Of a DNA stretch of 64,000 nucleotides, positions 26,326 through 40,054 are shown piece after piece. The notes under the pieces are model-generated. The model saw only the letters and a program-made list of their open reading frames with translations, ran no database searches and was not told the origin of the DNA. The first letter of the stretch is position 1. Each line of letters opens with the position of its first letter. This DNA is from Selaginella moellendorffii. Taxonomy: Eukaryota > Plantae > Lycopodiophyta. Where the stretch lies: contig NW_003314327.1 of the NCBI RefSeq assembly GCF_000143415.4, positions 388,851 through 452,850 on the forward strand. Reading direction: 5' to 3'. A program made the position numbers and the translations under genes.

Positions 26326-28049
26326 TCACTGACGATCCACTTCAACCATTTGGATGTCATTAGGCGAGAGTAGCACGCCTGGAGTTTGTTCGTCCAGGCT
26401 GTCCGGGAACAAACTCGTAGATATACCACCTCCAAGCGACGAGTTCCCGTTTAACAGCAGGCTTTGCCCGTGCGCGAACGTCCCATCCACAGCTCCCAAT
26501 GAATCGGCCTAGCAGGAGGTACACGAACAAAGTTTAATGCAAAAACAAGTTTTCCACTGCAATGAAGAATCGCTCACCCAATACAGGTCCAAAGCCGATG
26601 AGCGGAGCACGTCCGCGTTTGACGATGAGCGGAGCAAATCAGAGCTGGATGTGCCTTGTGACGTCCCGAGTAGCGAACAAGCGGCGGACATAAAACGCTG
26701 GAGTAAATAAAACACAGAGAGACGCTGGAAGCATGCATACCCGAGCACGACCCAAATGTGCTCCTTCGTTTTGAAAGAAAACGCATCGCATGTTTCTTCG
26801 CCTCCCCACACCGAAGGCGTTAGAGAATATCGATCGGCGTCGTGCTTGGAGGCGTCATTCAATACAATGAAGCGATCAACTGAAGAAGCTCCCAGTAAAT
26901 CCTGCAAAAGCCCGCAAGATTTGGAATAAAGATGTACGTCGAACTGTTAGCTTACCTCATCTCGCCAAAGCCGCTGGCCAAAGCCGTCCGTACTTGAGAA
27001 TTGTAGTTGGTCATACAACCAACTACAGCCAGGTACTTGAGAATCCAGTTGAGAATGATCTTCGTGTCTCTCGATAGCTCCGCACCAGATTTTGAGCTCT
27101 TTCCACAAACATTTTGGCACCAGCCAAACCTGTCCAGCATAGCATGGTGGCAGTGAAGTTAGCAACTCCAAACGAAAGAACACGAAAGAATAAACAAGCA
27201 TTACCTCAAGCGAAATACTTGACGTCTTCCTACGGTATCGTAAACGTCTGCAGCGCACATCACATCTTTTGAGTTCCAGCTTGTAGAGGAATGCTCGAAT
27301 GAAAGGATAGAGACGAATGTCTCCAGTAGCCACAGAGCAGCGACCCAATTTCTGAGACAAGTGCTGTAGAACAGAGCTTATGCTTTTTGAGGCCTTTAGC
27401 GTCAGCTCAAGGTGCGGATGTTTTAGTCTTGTCGTCAATTGGAAAAAGGTGCTGCTAAACCGAGCGTCTGCTTTTCAAAAACAGACTTGCCAAAATTCCA
27501 GTCATTTTTGCTTGTCCATATTATATTCTTCCAGTTCTCCACCTCCAATGATCGATTTCGCTCGGATTCAGGAACCGTTTTGGGGCTATCTGCAGACATT
27601 TTAACACACACACACACACGCAAAACTGCAAAAAATAACAGACCTTCAAGTTGAGGCACTAGTACTAGAGTTCGTATCTACGATATTTTCTTGACGTCAC
27701 CAGTAGCAATACTGGCAGGTTTGTCCGTGCTTGCTTTAACCTTCTTTTCATCTTTCTTCCGATCCTTCAGACGATGTTGCTCCTAAATTAGACATAAAAA
27801 TGCATCAGGAGAGTCCACAGTAATGAGCATACATACCAAAGCAGTCGTAAATGTCGAGGCTTCAAAATGGAGCTTAAAAGACGAACACTTGAACTTTTCC
27901 AGAGCGACCACCTGAAACAAAAGATTTAAATGTCTAAGACAAATGAGATCCACCTCACCAGCATAACATCGCTGAATGTACATCTTTGGAGTCCCTCGCA
28001 TCGAACTTGTTCATGCGCTTAATCAAGCGGTAGTAGTAATGGCGGACCT
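26326..28049 (-). pseudogene. TKI1: TSL-kinase interacting protein 1-like, 5'-truncated and frameshifted
   Basis: VRHYYYRLIKRMNK, KDVHSAML.WW, LKDRKK, PHLELTLKASKSISSVLQHL, VWGGEETCDAFSF, DLYW|ADSLG. Compensating frameshifts near 27860-27910; the N-terminal SANT exons were not found upstream. Confidence 0.75.
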
Positions 28050-28101
28050 CCAGGCTACGCACCAATTAAAACAGGATCTTTAGAACAAGACAACTAAACC
28101 T

Positions 28102-29567
28102 TTAAAACATCGATTGGCTACCGTAAGGGAATCTAATCCTTCCCTCACACCTTCACGGCTGTTGTACCCTTCGAGTATGGTATGGACTAGCAGGTTTTCA
28201 ACCTGGAAAACAATAAATTATTCACAAAAGCCACCACTAGCTTGTCCTGTTACTGGGTAGTCTTTAAGTAGCCATATCCTCCATGAAGTTGTAATGCATC
28301 GTTTAAAATGTTAGGAGCAAACATGTTTAGCGCCAACAACAACCTTTTCGCCATTGCAGCTTTTCAGCAGTGGCATTTGATACCATCAACCATGAGATCC
28401 GCTGATGATACAAGCACCTAGAATATTCTGAAAATAGGTTGGCACAAGTTTCGAGAGTTCAATGCTAAAGAACGATGTGGCTTTAAAAAAAAACAAGCAC
28501 TGTTTAACCATAGGATGCATTAGGATATTCAGTTACTTGTTTGGGAGTAGACGTGAACAGTATCGAGGCTGTCCAACACTAATATAAGATGAAACAAGTT
28601 ATGATAGCAAAACAAAACAGTCGTCAAACCCGACCTCCATCAAGGCTGATGCCAAATCCTTGTCCCCGATGCCCAAGCATATTGGCAGGAGGTACATGCA
28701 TCTCTTCCATGACAGCCAATCAAAACGAGTATCCAACAAGCTTTAAAAGAAGTGGTAAGTTGATCGAGACATCCCCTTTCAGCGATCTTGTTCAAGCCAT
28801 CACCAGGTATAAGTCCTTAGCACTTCCTCCGCTGATGAAAGCCTGAAAGATGAGAGACAATTCTGGGTCTTGGAGTCGTACTAGACCTTTGATCCATTGA
28901 GAATGTAGTCAGACCGTGCTGCTGTGTGAGTTCGAGAAAAGTGTCAACACTTGAAAGTTGAAAGAAGTAATTTTTTGCCTGTAAGGATGCAGCAACTCCC
29001 CAAGTTTTGGAAGCCAGTGATCGTTCCCAAACCTACACACCACAGAGTTAGAAAAAAGCAAGGAACGAAACTGGAAAGACTACGAAGATATCCTGCAGAG
29101 CAGCACTTCGGTTGAAAAATTGCTTCACTCACCAACGATGGAAGAATACAATCGCCTCAACACCAAAGATGTGGCTATTGCCTAACACACAAAGCTTCCT
29201 GGACGCAATAAACAACAACGCCAGCTAGTTCATCCCCCAAAATATTTTTCAATCTAAGTGATTAGATTTTTTAAGCCTTAGTTGCATTAAAACTTGATTA
29301 AGACTTGAAGAACAACTGCATGAAAATTCTTTGAGAACGTTTTCTTTTCCGAGAGAAAGAAAGAAAATCACTTACCGAAATCTCAGTTGACGTCGATCCA
29401 CCAATGGATCGATTTAATCGCACCCGCAATCACTCACCCTTGCACGTAATGAACTCCCAGAACTCCAGTTCCTCCACATATCCTTCGCATATCCCCCTGT
29501 CCCAGATCGATGGAATCCAACGGAAAAGACGTTGGAGAGGCATAGCCGCGTTTGATGAAGCATCCCT
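28102..29567 (-). pseudogene. Acyl-CoA dehydrogenase (isobutyryl-CoA dehydrogenase/ACAD8-like) pseudogene
   Basis: Exon remnants DYILNGSK|AFISGGSAKDLYLVMA*, EEMHVPPANMLGHRGQGFGISLDGG, AMAKR, NDALQLHGGYGYLK(D)YP, LLVHTILEG; stops and frameshifts. Confidence 0.78.
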
Positions 29568-30199
29568 GCGGAAAACACAAACAAAAAAGCGGTCAATCGA
29601 GCTCAAAGATGTGGTACCTCACTGAGAAAAAAGAGACGAGAGGTGCCATGCAGTCCTTTTTAAAGCGTTGTTTTAGCTCTCTGGTACATAACATGCCAAG
29701 CTTGCGAGCCTCTGAATCCTTTCTCTGTCTGCGTGGATTCTCGACGACAGCAGCTGCGCAAAGAAAATGCCACTGGAGGAAAGACATGTATGACACGAAA
29801 TAATTCAATAGATAAATTTGAACAAATAGCATGGAGCACTGGAAAAGGAAAACATGGATAGTCTGATACGACAGTATAAACCCCACCTAGTTTTCAAAAT
29901 AGTTGTGGCTCAAGCTGCAACAGGAGAATCCAGTGCAGTTGGTCCTGCATCTTTTCTTCAGAACCATTTAATCTTTCGACCAGGTATTAAACAACCCTCA
30001 GTCGACGCTTTTCTTTTTCTTTTCTTTCTCTCGTCGCAGCAAGATATATTCTTCTAAGTATTGCAAGTACGAAAATCAGAGCCGTCTACGAAAATCGCTT
30101 ACGTACCCCGTTGTATAAGAAATTACTGCGTTTGGACTTTAACGATTCAGGAAGAGCTGCAAACGAGCTTGAGAAAACAAAAGTAAAAAAAATCTAAGG

Positions 30200-33046
30200 A
30201 TGCTCTTGTGGTCATAACTTGTACTTGATCTGCTGGTGGAGTGGGAGAAAGAGCAAGGCTAGACGCTTTGGCCATTTGCTTGGTTCTTGGAGCTGCTCAC
30301 AAAAGATTGCCAAGACTTACATGTCGAACAAATGCTGGACGGCAGCTTGCATGCCATAAGTGTCACTAGAATAGAATCCTTGATATTTGTTTCTACCTTT
30401 CTGTCTAATTCCTGGGCAGCTATTGCCTGGGCATGAGTTGCTATTGCAAGCTGCTACTTCTATGCCTCTTCCTCATAAGTTTTGATCAGGCTAGAGAATC
30501 TCATGGTAATTTCCAGATGAAGATGATGCCAAGGTAGAAAATGCTGCCTCTGGATAAGCTGTTGTCAAGGAGAATGCAGCTTCAGGTGGAGATGCCAATA
30601 ACATGCTGTATCATGAGTGTTCAAGCAGCATTTGTCACACCAGCGTGGACAACAAAGAGGACATGTCTCAACTAAGAGTCTTATAGCTCGAATCTCCTCA
30701 ACCACTTTGAGCTGTTGCTCCTATTCCTGTTAGAGAAGCACTTTGTCTTCCTTGAATTCAGCTAATGCTGATTCTATGGCTGAAGCCATTTGCTCGGCTG
30801 CTAGCTAGATGCGAGGCTGGGCTGTGACAATGCAATTGGCAGAAAATGATGCTCTGCCAGAGGGCCTTGGATGAGCTCTTTAGTGAAGAAGCCCTAAGCT
30901 CTAGAAACAAGCTCGGTGGCATCTTGGCATTTTTGGTGTCATCTCTTTGCCACCTTTTGTTGCAACTTAGGCTTGAGGCCTTGGATGTAAGTTGAGACAT
31001 CAGTAGCCTTCTTCTGTGTAGCCTTGCAATCTAGGTAGAGCTTCCAAAAGGCCTTCAATCAAATGGTGTAATCGAAGATTAATTCATTTGCACTTTATTG
31101 GAACTAGAAAAGATATTGCACAAGCTGCTGCAATGGGATCTTATAAGAGAACGTGCTTTAGAAGGATGTAAGTAGTGCCTTAAAGTCTTGTTTCTCTTCT
31201 AGCTCTAACATAAGCACCTAACATCATGCTTGGCCATGCATAGACTGCGAGAAGGCTTCACACTTCATGGCATTGTCAGTCATGTGATTGCTAGAGCAAT
31301 ACAATGAGAACATCATAATATGATCATTCACTAATATCCCCAGGCCTGGCTCAAAGCAGCTCCATCCCTCCTTGCAAAATGAGCACAGCTAATGCTAGAA
31401 GTGGAGGGGGTGTGGGTTCTTGTGCTAGTGGGATAGGAACTTGATGAACTCTTTCTGGTTGCTAGGGAAAGGATCACCTCTAGCTAAGTTGAAATGAGTC
31501 ATTCGACTCAAATCCCTTGTCTTAACATCTGTGTCAAAGCTAGAAGACTTGCTTGCCAGAAGTGATGTGTGATAATCAACTTCTTGGTGAAACTAAGAAA
31601 ACTTTCCACATTACTAAAGAATAGTATGAAATCCAATGATAATGCCTTTGTGAAAATGCCAAGTCAAAACTAGCATGAAGAACTTCTAAATGTTTAGTCA
31701 TGAAATGAATAGGAAGAACTGCTGTTGGGATTTAGATGAAGAACTCTTACTGTAGACATTGAATTGGCCCTTGACTCTCAACTCTCACAGAAGGAAAATT
31801 GATTAAAAATATCTCTCCAACTATGTGGAAATGCCATTCAACTTGGTTTGACACACAAGACAAAGAGAAAAAACTTCTATGTATGAAAATCATACATACA
31901 TGAATTTGTATGTATGTTCATGTATGTATATATGTATGTATGTATAAAATTCATACATATGTGAATTTGTATGTATGTTCAAAACTAACCCATTTAACCA
32001 AATGGGCTAATTTTGAACTCAAAAGAAAGCTAAGACAAAATTATCCATATCTACACAAAGAAAAGCTGAAAAAGCCTTGCACTTTGCCCTCAAAACCATA
32101 AAAAACACTCACTCACAACAAAGGGTGATATGAAATGCTTCTTTCTCGCTCAAATCAAAACCAAATCAAACTTGCCATAATTTAGTGGAAATTAAAGATA
32201 ATATCTAATATCAAGATTTTTGGACTCCAAGAATGTGAATAGAAAATGCGACAAGGAAGAATAAGAATTCTCTCAAACAAATCTATGATCAAAGATCACT
32301 CCAACCATGACAAAACCTACAAAAGTGAGAGAAAATGAGGCTAAATTCTCACCATATTTGCTAAAAGAAGAGCGTGATGGAGTTTTTTTTGTCACCATTC
32401 ATCTCTCTCATGATTCCTCCAATTTCCATGAACTTAGTGTGCACTAGGCTTAGACCTGATTGCCCAAGAAGTCAGAATGCAAGAAAGGTTGTTGCATTAT
32501 ACACACCAATATTTACTCTTTCCTCACAACAAAATAGGGTAGTGAGTGTGAAGAGCTTACATATCACACCTCTGTGCACATCTTTGGCACACCATTGAAA
32601 AGCCCTGGTCCAGATCTATGTGCCCATGCTCTCAAATTCAAAGAAAGATCCCTAACATAGTCGTGATTCACACACAGTGAAAACTGACTAAGAACACAAA
32701 TGAACTAAATTTTATGTGAAGGCCAGGACATATCATGCTCCTAATAGACCATTAAGGATTGCAGAAAACCAATCTAAAGCAAGAATCAATGAGAACAAGA
32801 TAAAAACTAAGCCATGAACCAAGATCCTGGGGTTAGGAATCCCCTTAATCCTTAGTGGAGTTGCAACTTTTTAGGGCTCTAGCCTCAACCCTCTCTCACA
32901 CTCACTCTCGTATATTTGTATAAATGAAAATCCCCCTTTCTCTCATGCTCAAGCATGCTTTTTATTGAAGGAGAAGGAATATTTAGAGGATTAGAATATT
33001 CCTTGTATCTAACTATTGTCTGATGGATTTGTTAGGATAGAGGAAG
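30200..33046. repeat. Highly decayed, CpG-poor repeat-like DNA of unassigned class (includes a (TATG)n tract ~31880-31980)
   Basis: No long ORFs, few CpG, adjacent to the LTR stack; no diagnostic motif recognised. Confidence 0.35.
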
Positions 33047-33271
33047 TCAAGATCAAGCACACTGCACTTGTAGACAGAACAAGAAGCCCTAATGTATATG
33101 TGGCAAGTGTCTTGTAACACTCACCCCCATACCAAAGCCATAGACCAAACCAAATTTATTATATAGGAGCTGAAATTGATGTGGTCCCAATGGCTTGGTG
33201 AGAAGGTCAACTAGCATGTCCTTTATCTCGAGGTGTTAGACTGCTAGGGTGTAGTGAAATTAGATTTTAAT

Positions 33272-34508
33272 TATAGCACTTGCTTAATGAGAAAGCCCTT
33301 AATGGCTATTTTATCCCTATTTAGTGACCATGTAAACAACTTTAACTACTTATTTATAGTAGTCTATGTAAACCTTACCTATGGGTTTGGTTTCTTTGCT
33401 CATGAGGGTTAGGGCCTCTAGCTTCTCTCTCTATATCACCTATAGGTAGGGGTATATCACTTTTTTGTGAGCTGGGTGACATTCAGAGTAGCAAGGGTGG
33501 TTAACTCTATTAATTATTTCCTTGTCGGTGATGGCTAGAAGGTGTTTAAGTTGTAGTGCAATTGTGTTAGATAGAGAGGTTGCCTCTTAACTCATTTAAA
33601 TTTGTGCATTTCTCATAAAGTGTGAATATTATAAACTTTTTCTAGAATTATTTCTTTGGCGGTGATCTAGACTAGAGTATACATTAACAAGGACGTCAAT
33701 CTTCCCTAAGGGGGGAGAGTGTTGCAAATATAGCTATGGGTATCCATATAATGCATTTTATTTTTCTCCTTTAGTGACTATTTTATCCCCATTTATTCTC
33801 TAAAGATTCATAGTGACAAATATCCAAATCTTATCCCATAATCATATATGTTACACTCCCCCCCCCCGCCCTTCTGAAATGTTAATATCCTCATTGATTA
33901 TTGAATAATGACCCTTATTAAGCCAAGGGGAACCAACAAATCTATTTTTACACTAGATTTACTAATCCTTTTATAGTGTAGGCTAGTTATTTTATGTGAG
34001 GCAACTAGTTATTCACCCGTACTACAGTCCCATATTAAATACCTTCATTTGTGGATACTCCACAAACAGAAGGATGTACATATGGATGCTTAATATATAT
34101 GATTTCAAATTTAAGGGTAGGAATATATCTAGTATCTACAGATGAAGGATGTATATATTGATGCCCAATATGTATGATTTCAAATTTAAGGGTAGGAATA
34201 TACTTTACTCCGCAATAAATATGGATACCCAATATGTATGATTTTAAATTTAGGGATAGGAATATATCTTATTCAAGGGTATATTATATTTTAAGTAGCC
34301 ACTAATCAATGGGAATCAAACCCATGCTCTTTTCTCTGATACCACATGTAATATATTCTATCTCTCTCCCCTTAAGCCAACTAGAAAAGAGGTAATTGTT
34401 TGATAAAAAAGCTCTTAGTGATTATTTTATCCCCATTTATCCTCCAAAGTTCTAAAGATGTATAATAACAATATATTTAAATCTCATCTCATGATTATAT
34501 ACACTACA
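33272..34508 (-). mobile_element. Small non-autonomous LTR element(s), TRIM-like, inserted in the RNase H region of outer Copia-A
   Basis: TSD TTAAT/TCAAT; related terminal repeats ~33720-33856 and ~34346-34508; minus-strand TGGTATCAGAG PBS at 34333-34343 and G-rich PPT at 33857-33868; internal ~60-70 bp tandem repeat x3 at 34070-34270; no coding capacity. Confidence 0.6.
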
Positions 34509-37500
34509 TCAATGTGCTTCAAGTAAGCACACTAGATAAGGTTCTTGAACATGACAATACTACTTAAGTGGTCACACTAAGGAGTAAGGCCATCTTGTGC
34601 ATTGACAGTAGCATCTAAGCCCAAATCACTTCCCTGTTACCAATAGTGAGCGTGATGTACTTAACTTCTATACTAAAAAGCACCACTTCAATTATCACTT
34701 GGAGGCTCACACAATGAGACCTTCTAAGAAGCGAAGGCAAATGTTAGAAGTCAAACAATAACCTTTATTGTTGGCAAAGCTAGGATTCATGTAGCATGTC
34801 AATAATGTATTGCCTTTTGATTAAGAAATGCCATAGTCTATAGTGCCCCAAAAGCATTTGATAATATGCTTAGATTAACAATGCATAGTGGTTTGTGATA
34901 TGCTGTACTCCATAGTTATATACATAATGTTAAGGTGAGTTATCAATGTTAAATACATGAGGCAACCAATAAGATGGCAATAGAGAGTCCTAACATGTAG
35001 AGGCACACTTAATTGCTCAATTGTGAGATCGATGGCATTGACAACCATCGGCATTTTAATGGGGTGGCAATCATGTATACCAAACCAATTAAACAAGACT
35101 TTGACCTTATGTTGCTAGTTGAGCATGTAGCCATAGGACATGGGATTGTGTGTGACTTCATAGCTAAAAAAATAATAAACTTGGCCAAGGTCCTTTAGAA
35201 TTACTAGTAATGGCATTGGGGTCATCACCAATGATTAACAATCATCATCATAGGGGGCTATGATGAGTATGCTCCTGGCATAACCTTTCATATACACGTT
35301 GTGATTAGCATGGGAATAACAAATGAACATATAAGGTATCATCAAATTTTTTATACCAAATATGAAAGCTTTATTTCAAGCCATACAAAGTTTTTCACAA
35401 TTACTATACAACTCCACTATTGAATTTACTTGAACATAGACATTGTTAACTTGAATGGAAGCAATGTTTTCCACAAAGGCTTCCATCCAAAATGGAGTTT
35501 TAGATTGAGACAGCTTGATTATAGGTCATGGGAATGTTAGTATACCTAAAGCCTTAAAAGACATTAAACTTTATAGCATCTATTTTAGCATTTTCTTGAA
35601 CTTTCAATTAGAGTTGATATTCTCAGGAGAATTGGCATCGAATCAATATTGACAAAGTGGCAAGGTGTTAGAGGTTTATTCTTGATTAGACAAGAATTTG
35701 TAGTTCAAGCATGTTTAAAAGTGGAAGATTCCCTAGGGGAAGCTTTGGTGGTAATGCATAAATAAGATCTAGAGGCAAAGGTAAGAGTGGACCATTTTGC
35801 ATGAGTGAGATTAAAGGATAAAGTTGAGCCTCATCAATGAAAAAGGATTTTGAAGAGGTTATCTTTATTGAATATGACATTCATATTTACAAGGGCCTTG
35901 TGAGATGCAAGATCCCATAATTTGTAAATGTTTCTTTTAATGGCATTGTCTTATGTATAAGTTATAAAGATTAATTTCTTACTTTTGGGATCTAGCTTTT
36001 TTCGAAGTTGATCAAAGGTATGCACATATGCTACACAATTAAAAGCCCAAAAATGGGATATATAAGGAATAGAGTCTATCTAAAATGTCTTGCCATTTGC
36101 TATAGCTATGGTCTCTTATAAAATGTTTTATTGAGATATGCATCAATTAACAAAAGGTGGGCAACATTGACAAGAGTATGATTCTTTCTTTTCACAACAC
36201 TATTTTACTGAGGAGTGTAATAGGCTATAACTTGAAATTGTACGCGTATATCATAATAATTACCCAAATCTCATTGTTGAGGTGTTCACCACCACTGTCA
36301 AGCCAAAGAGCTTTTATCTTGTAGTAAAAAAAATTTCAACAATTGTGTCACTCTTGCCCATCAAAAAGTGGATGCATGTTTAACAGATATAATTATTAAT
36401 GAATGTGATTAAGTTTTTTTGCACTATCATGGCTTAGTATGTTTATGGGGCTGCAAAAATTAGAATGGACCAAGTTTAGAAATCTAGTCACTCAATATTT
36501 GTTTAGTGAGAAATTTTTATGGTGATGCTTGCTAGAACACAAGCTTCACAAATTTAGATGGAATACACTGGAAATTCAATTTAGTAACAATGTTTTGGGA
36601 TTTCATCTGATAAAGAAATTAGTAATGTAAATGACCAAGTCTCTTGTGCCAAAGCTCAACATGAAAATCTACTTCCACAATTTGGAAGACTTGAATTGAG
36701 TTAACAACAGTAATCTCATACAAATCCTTTATGCATTTCCCACAAGGAAACCATGTATTAAGTATGGACAAGTTGCTAGAGCCAACCAAAGAAACTCTCT
36801 TTGCATTAAATACTACCATTATACTTTAATTGCATATCTTAGTGACAAACATTAAATTTCATTGTAAGGTGGAAATATGTATGGCATCATAAAATGCCAT
36901 AATCCTCCCATGATCAAGTGAGACTTGAGATTGCCCGATGCCTTTCACAAGGATAGTGGTATCCTTATTTAAATGAACACCATATTTTTCAATGTTTAGC
37001 TAGTGATACTCAAAAAGACTTTTCTTTATTGCCCATAAGATTAGTACAACTAGAGTTTAGGAGCCACCTACTAGATGCCACTGCTTCCTCTGGAGCTCCT
37101 TGTCAACCTCATTCCTCAACTCCATCACTCTTGAGTAGACTGGCTTTTGCCATAGTAGCTAATTGCTTGACAAGCTTTAGAGTTGCAATCTCAAGCCTAG
37201 TGGCCCATCTCCGAGCAGTAAGTCCTGATTCTTGATAAATGTTTGGTTAGATTTGCCCTTTCTAGGCACATGGTTTTTGCCACTTTGGCATCACCAAAAA
37301 CCTACACAGAATACATAACCTATAGCATTTCAGCTCTTTTGCTCAGCACAGCCTCAATATTGCAAAGACCTCATGGCATTTGCCGAAGTCATCCCTAAGT
37401 GGAGAAGCAAGCTCTCAACTATGTTTTTTTTTAGCAAATCAGGATCAAAGCGCACTGCGCTAGTGGACAGAACAAGAAAACCCTAATGTACATGTGGCGA

Positions 37501-40054
37501 GGTGTGTCGTGTAACACTCCCCCCCAAACCAAAGCCACTCACCAAACCAAATCTATCATGTAGGAACTGAAACTGGTGTGACCCCAAGGGCTTGGTGAGA
37601 AGATCGGCTGGCATGTCCTGTGTCCCGAGATGTTGGACAGCCAGGGTGCCACCGTCAACCAACTCACGCACGTAGTGAAATTGGACTTCAATGTGCTTCG
37701 AGCGGGCATGGTGGATGGGGTTTTTGGACATGGCAATGCTGCTTCGGTTGTCACACCAAGAAGTAGTGGGGCCAGCGTGTGCACATCCTAGCTCAGCAAG
37801 TAACCCTTGAGCTCAGACCACGTCCCTGCTACCAATAGTGAGTGCGATGCACTCCGCTTCTGCACTAGAAAGGGCCACCACGGATTGTCGCTTGGAGGCC
37901 CATGTGATGGCATCTCCTGAGAAGGAAAGGCAAATGCCAGAAGTTGAGCGATGACCTTTGTTGTTGACAAAACTAGCATCCGTGTAGCATGCCAATGATG
38001 CATCGCCCCTTGAATAAGCAATGCCATAGTCCATAGTGCCCTGGAGGTATCTCACGATACGCTTGGCAGCTTGCCAATGTATGGTGGTTGGTGATGTGTT
38101 GTACTGACTCAAGGCAATAGTCACATATGTGATGTCGGGGCAAGTCATCAGGGCCAAATATGTGAGGCAACCAATGAGATGCCGATAGGGAGTCCCAGTG
38201 GGTAGAGGCTCACCAGATTGCTCAACTGTGAAGTCGATAGCACCAACGACCATCGGGGTCTTGACGGGGTGGCAATCACGCATACCAAACCGATCCAGCA
38301 AGACTTCGACTTTACGTCATTGGCTAAGCATGTAGCCACCAGACTCAAGATCACGTGTGACTTCAAAGCCAAGAAAGTAGGAGACTTGGCCAAGGTCCTT
38401 CATCTAGAATTGCTGGCTGAGAGCAGCTTTCAGAGCAGCAATGGCATCAGTGTCATCACCCATGATGAGCAAATCATCAACGTAGAGGGCCACAATAAGC
38501 ATGTGCTCAGCATGACCATTCACATACACATTGTGATCAGCATGATAGCGACAAAAGCCTTGAGCACGTAGGGTGGCATCAAATTTTTGATACCAAATAG
38601 GGGAGCTATGTTTTAGGCCATACAAAGCTTTCTGCAATTGCCATATAGGGCTACCAGGGGCAACATCGTCCTCAAAACCAAGAGGTATATGCATATAGAT
38701 GTCCTCTTGCAAATCCCCATTCAAAAATGCAGTTTTGATGTCCATATGGTGGACTTGCCATTTGCAAGTAGCCGCAAGTGCAAAAAGAGTATGGAGGCTG
38801 GCCATTTTTACAACCAGTGAGAATGTTTCATCATAGTCAAGGCCATGGACTTGGCAAAAACCGCGAACAACCAACCATGCCTTATAATGTACAACTTGAC
38901 CATCTTTCCCATACTTTTTGGAAAAAATCCATTTTGGATCCAAAACACGTCATCCTAGTGGCACTGAATCAACTGGAACATAAGTTCCATTAACCCGAAT
39001 GGAAGAAACTTCTTTCGCAATAGCTTCCATCCAAGATGAAGCCTCTCAAGTCTTGAGACGGCCTCATCATAGGTCATGGGAATGCTGACGTCAACAAGGC
39101 CACAAAAGTCATCAAGTTTAGCAGCATCTGCTTCAGCATTTTCCCGGACTTTCAACAAGGGCCGACGTTCCCGGGGGTGATCGAAAACTAGCATTGGATC
39201 AGGCATGCCACGATGTCAACAAGGTGGTGGAGGTGTCGGAGGCCTGTCCTCGACTAGAGGAGCATCAGCTGGTTCAAGCATGTCCAGAAGTGGAGGATTC
39301 CTCAATGGAATCTCTGGTGGCAACTCATGAATAGGATCTTGAGGTGGAGGCAAGAGTGGACAATCTTCTATAAGTGGGATCAAAGGAACAAGTCGAGTCT
39401 CAACAATAAAAGAAGGATCTTGAAGAGCCTTTATATGCATGGGAAAGTCGTCTTCGTTGAACATGACGTCTGTGCTTACAAGAGCCTTGTGAGATGCAAG
39501 ATCCCACAACTTGTAAGTTTTTCTCCCGATGGTGTCGTCCTATGCATATCCCACGAAGATGAATTTTTTACTTTTGGGATCTAGCTTTTGCCGAAATTGA
39601 TCAGGGGTATGTGCGTATGCTGCACAACCGAAGACCCAAAAGTGGGACACATCAGGAGTAGAACCTATTCAAAATGCCTCATGGGTTTTTCCATCCAAAG
39701 CAGCTGTGGCAAGGTGATTTTGTACATGCATTGCTGTGGCTATGGCCTCTTGCCAAAACATCTTGTCATGATGTGCATCAACTAATAAAGCGCGAGCAGC
39801 ATTGACAAGAGTGTGATTCCTCCTTTCTGTAACACCATTTTGCTGAGGGGTGTAGTGGGCTGTGGCTTGCAGTCGTATGCCTACATCACGACAGATGCCC
39901 CAAAGCTCATTGTTGAGGTATTCACCACCACCATCAACTTGAGCAATTTTTATCTTTTGACCAAGGAGGTTTTCAACGTAGGATTTGTACGTTTGAAAGG
40001 CAGCAACTGCATCACTCTTACGCATCAAGAAGTGGATGCATGTTCGACGGCTAT

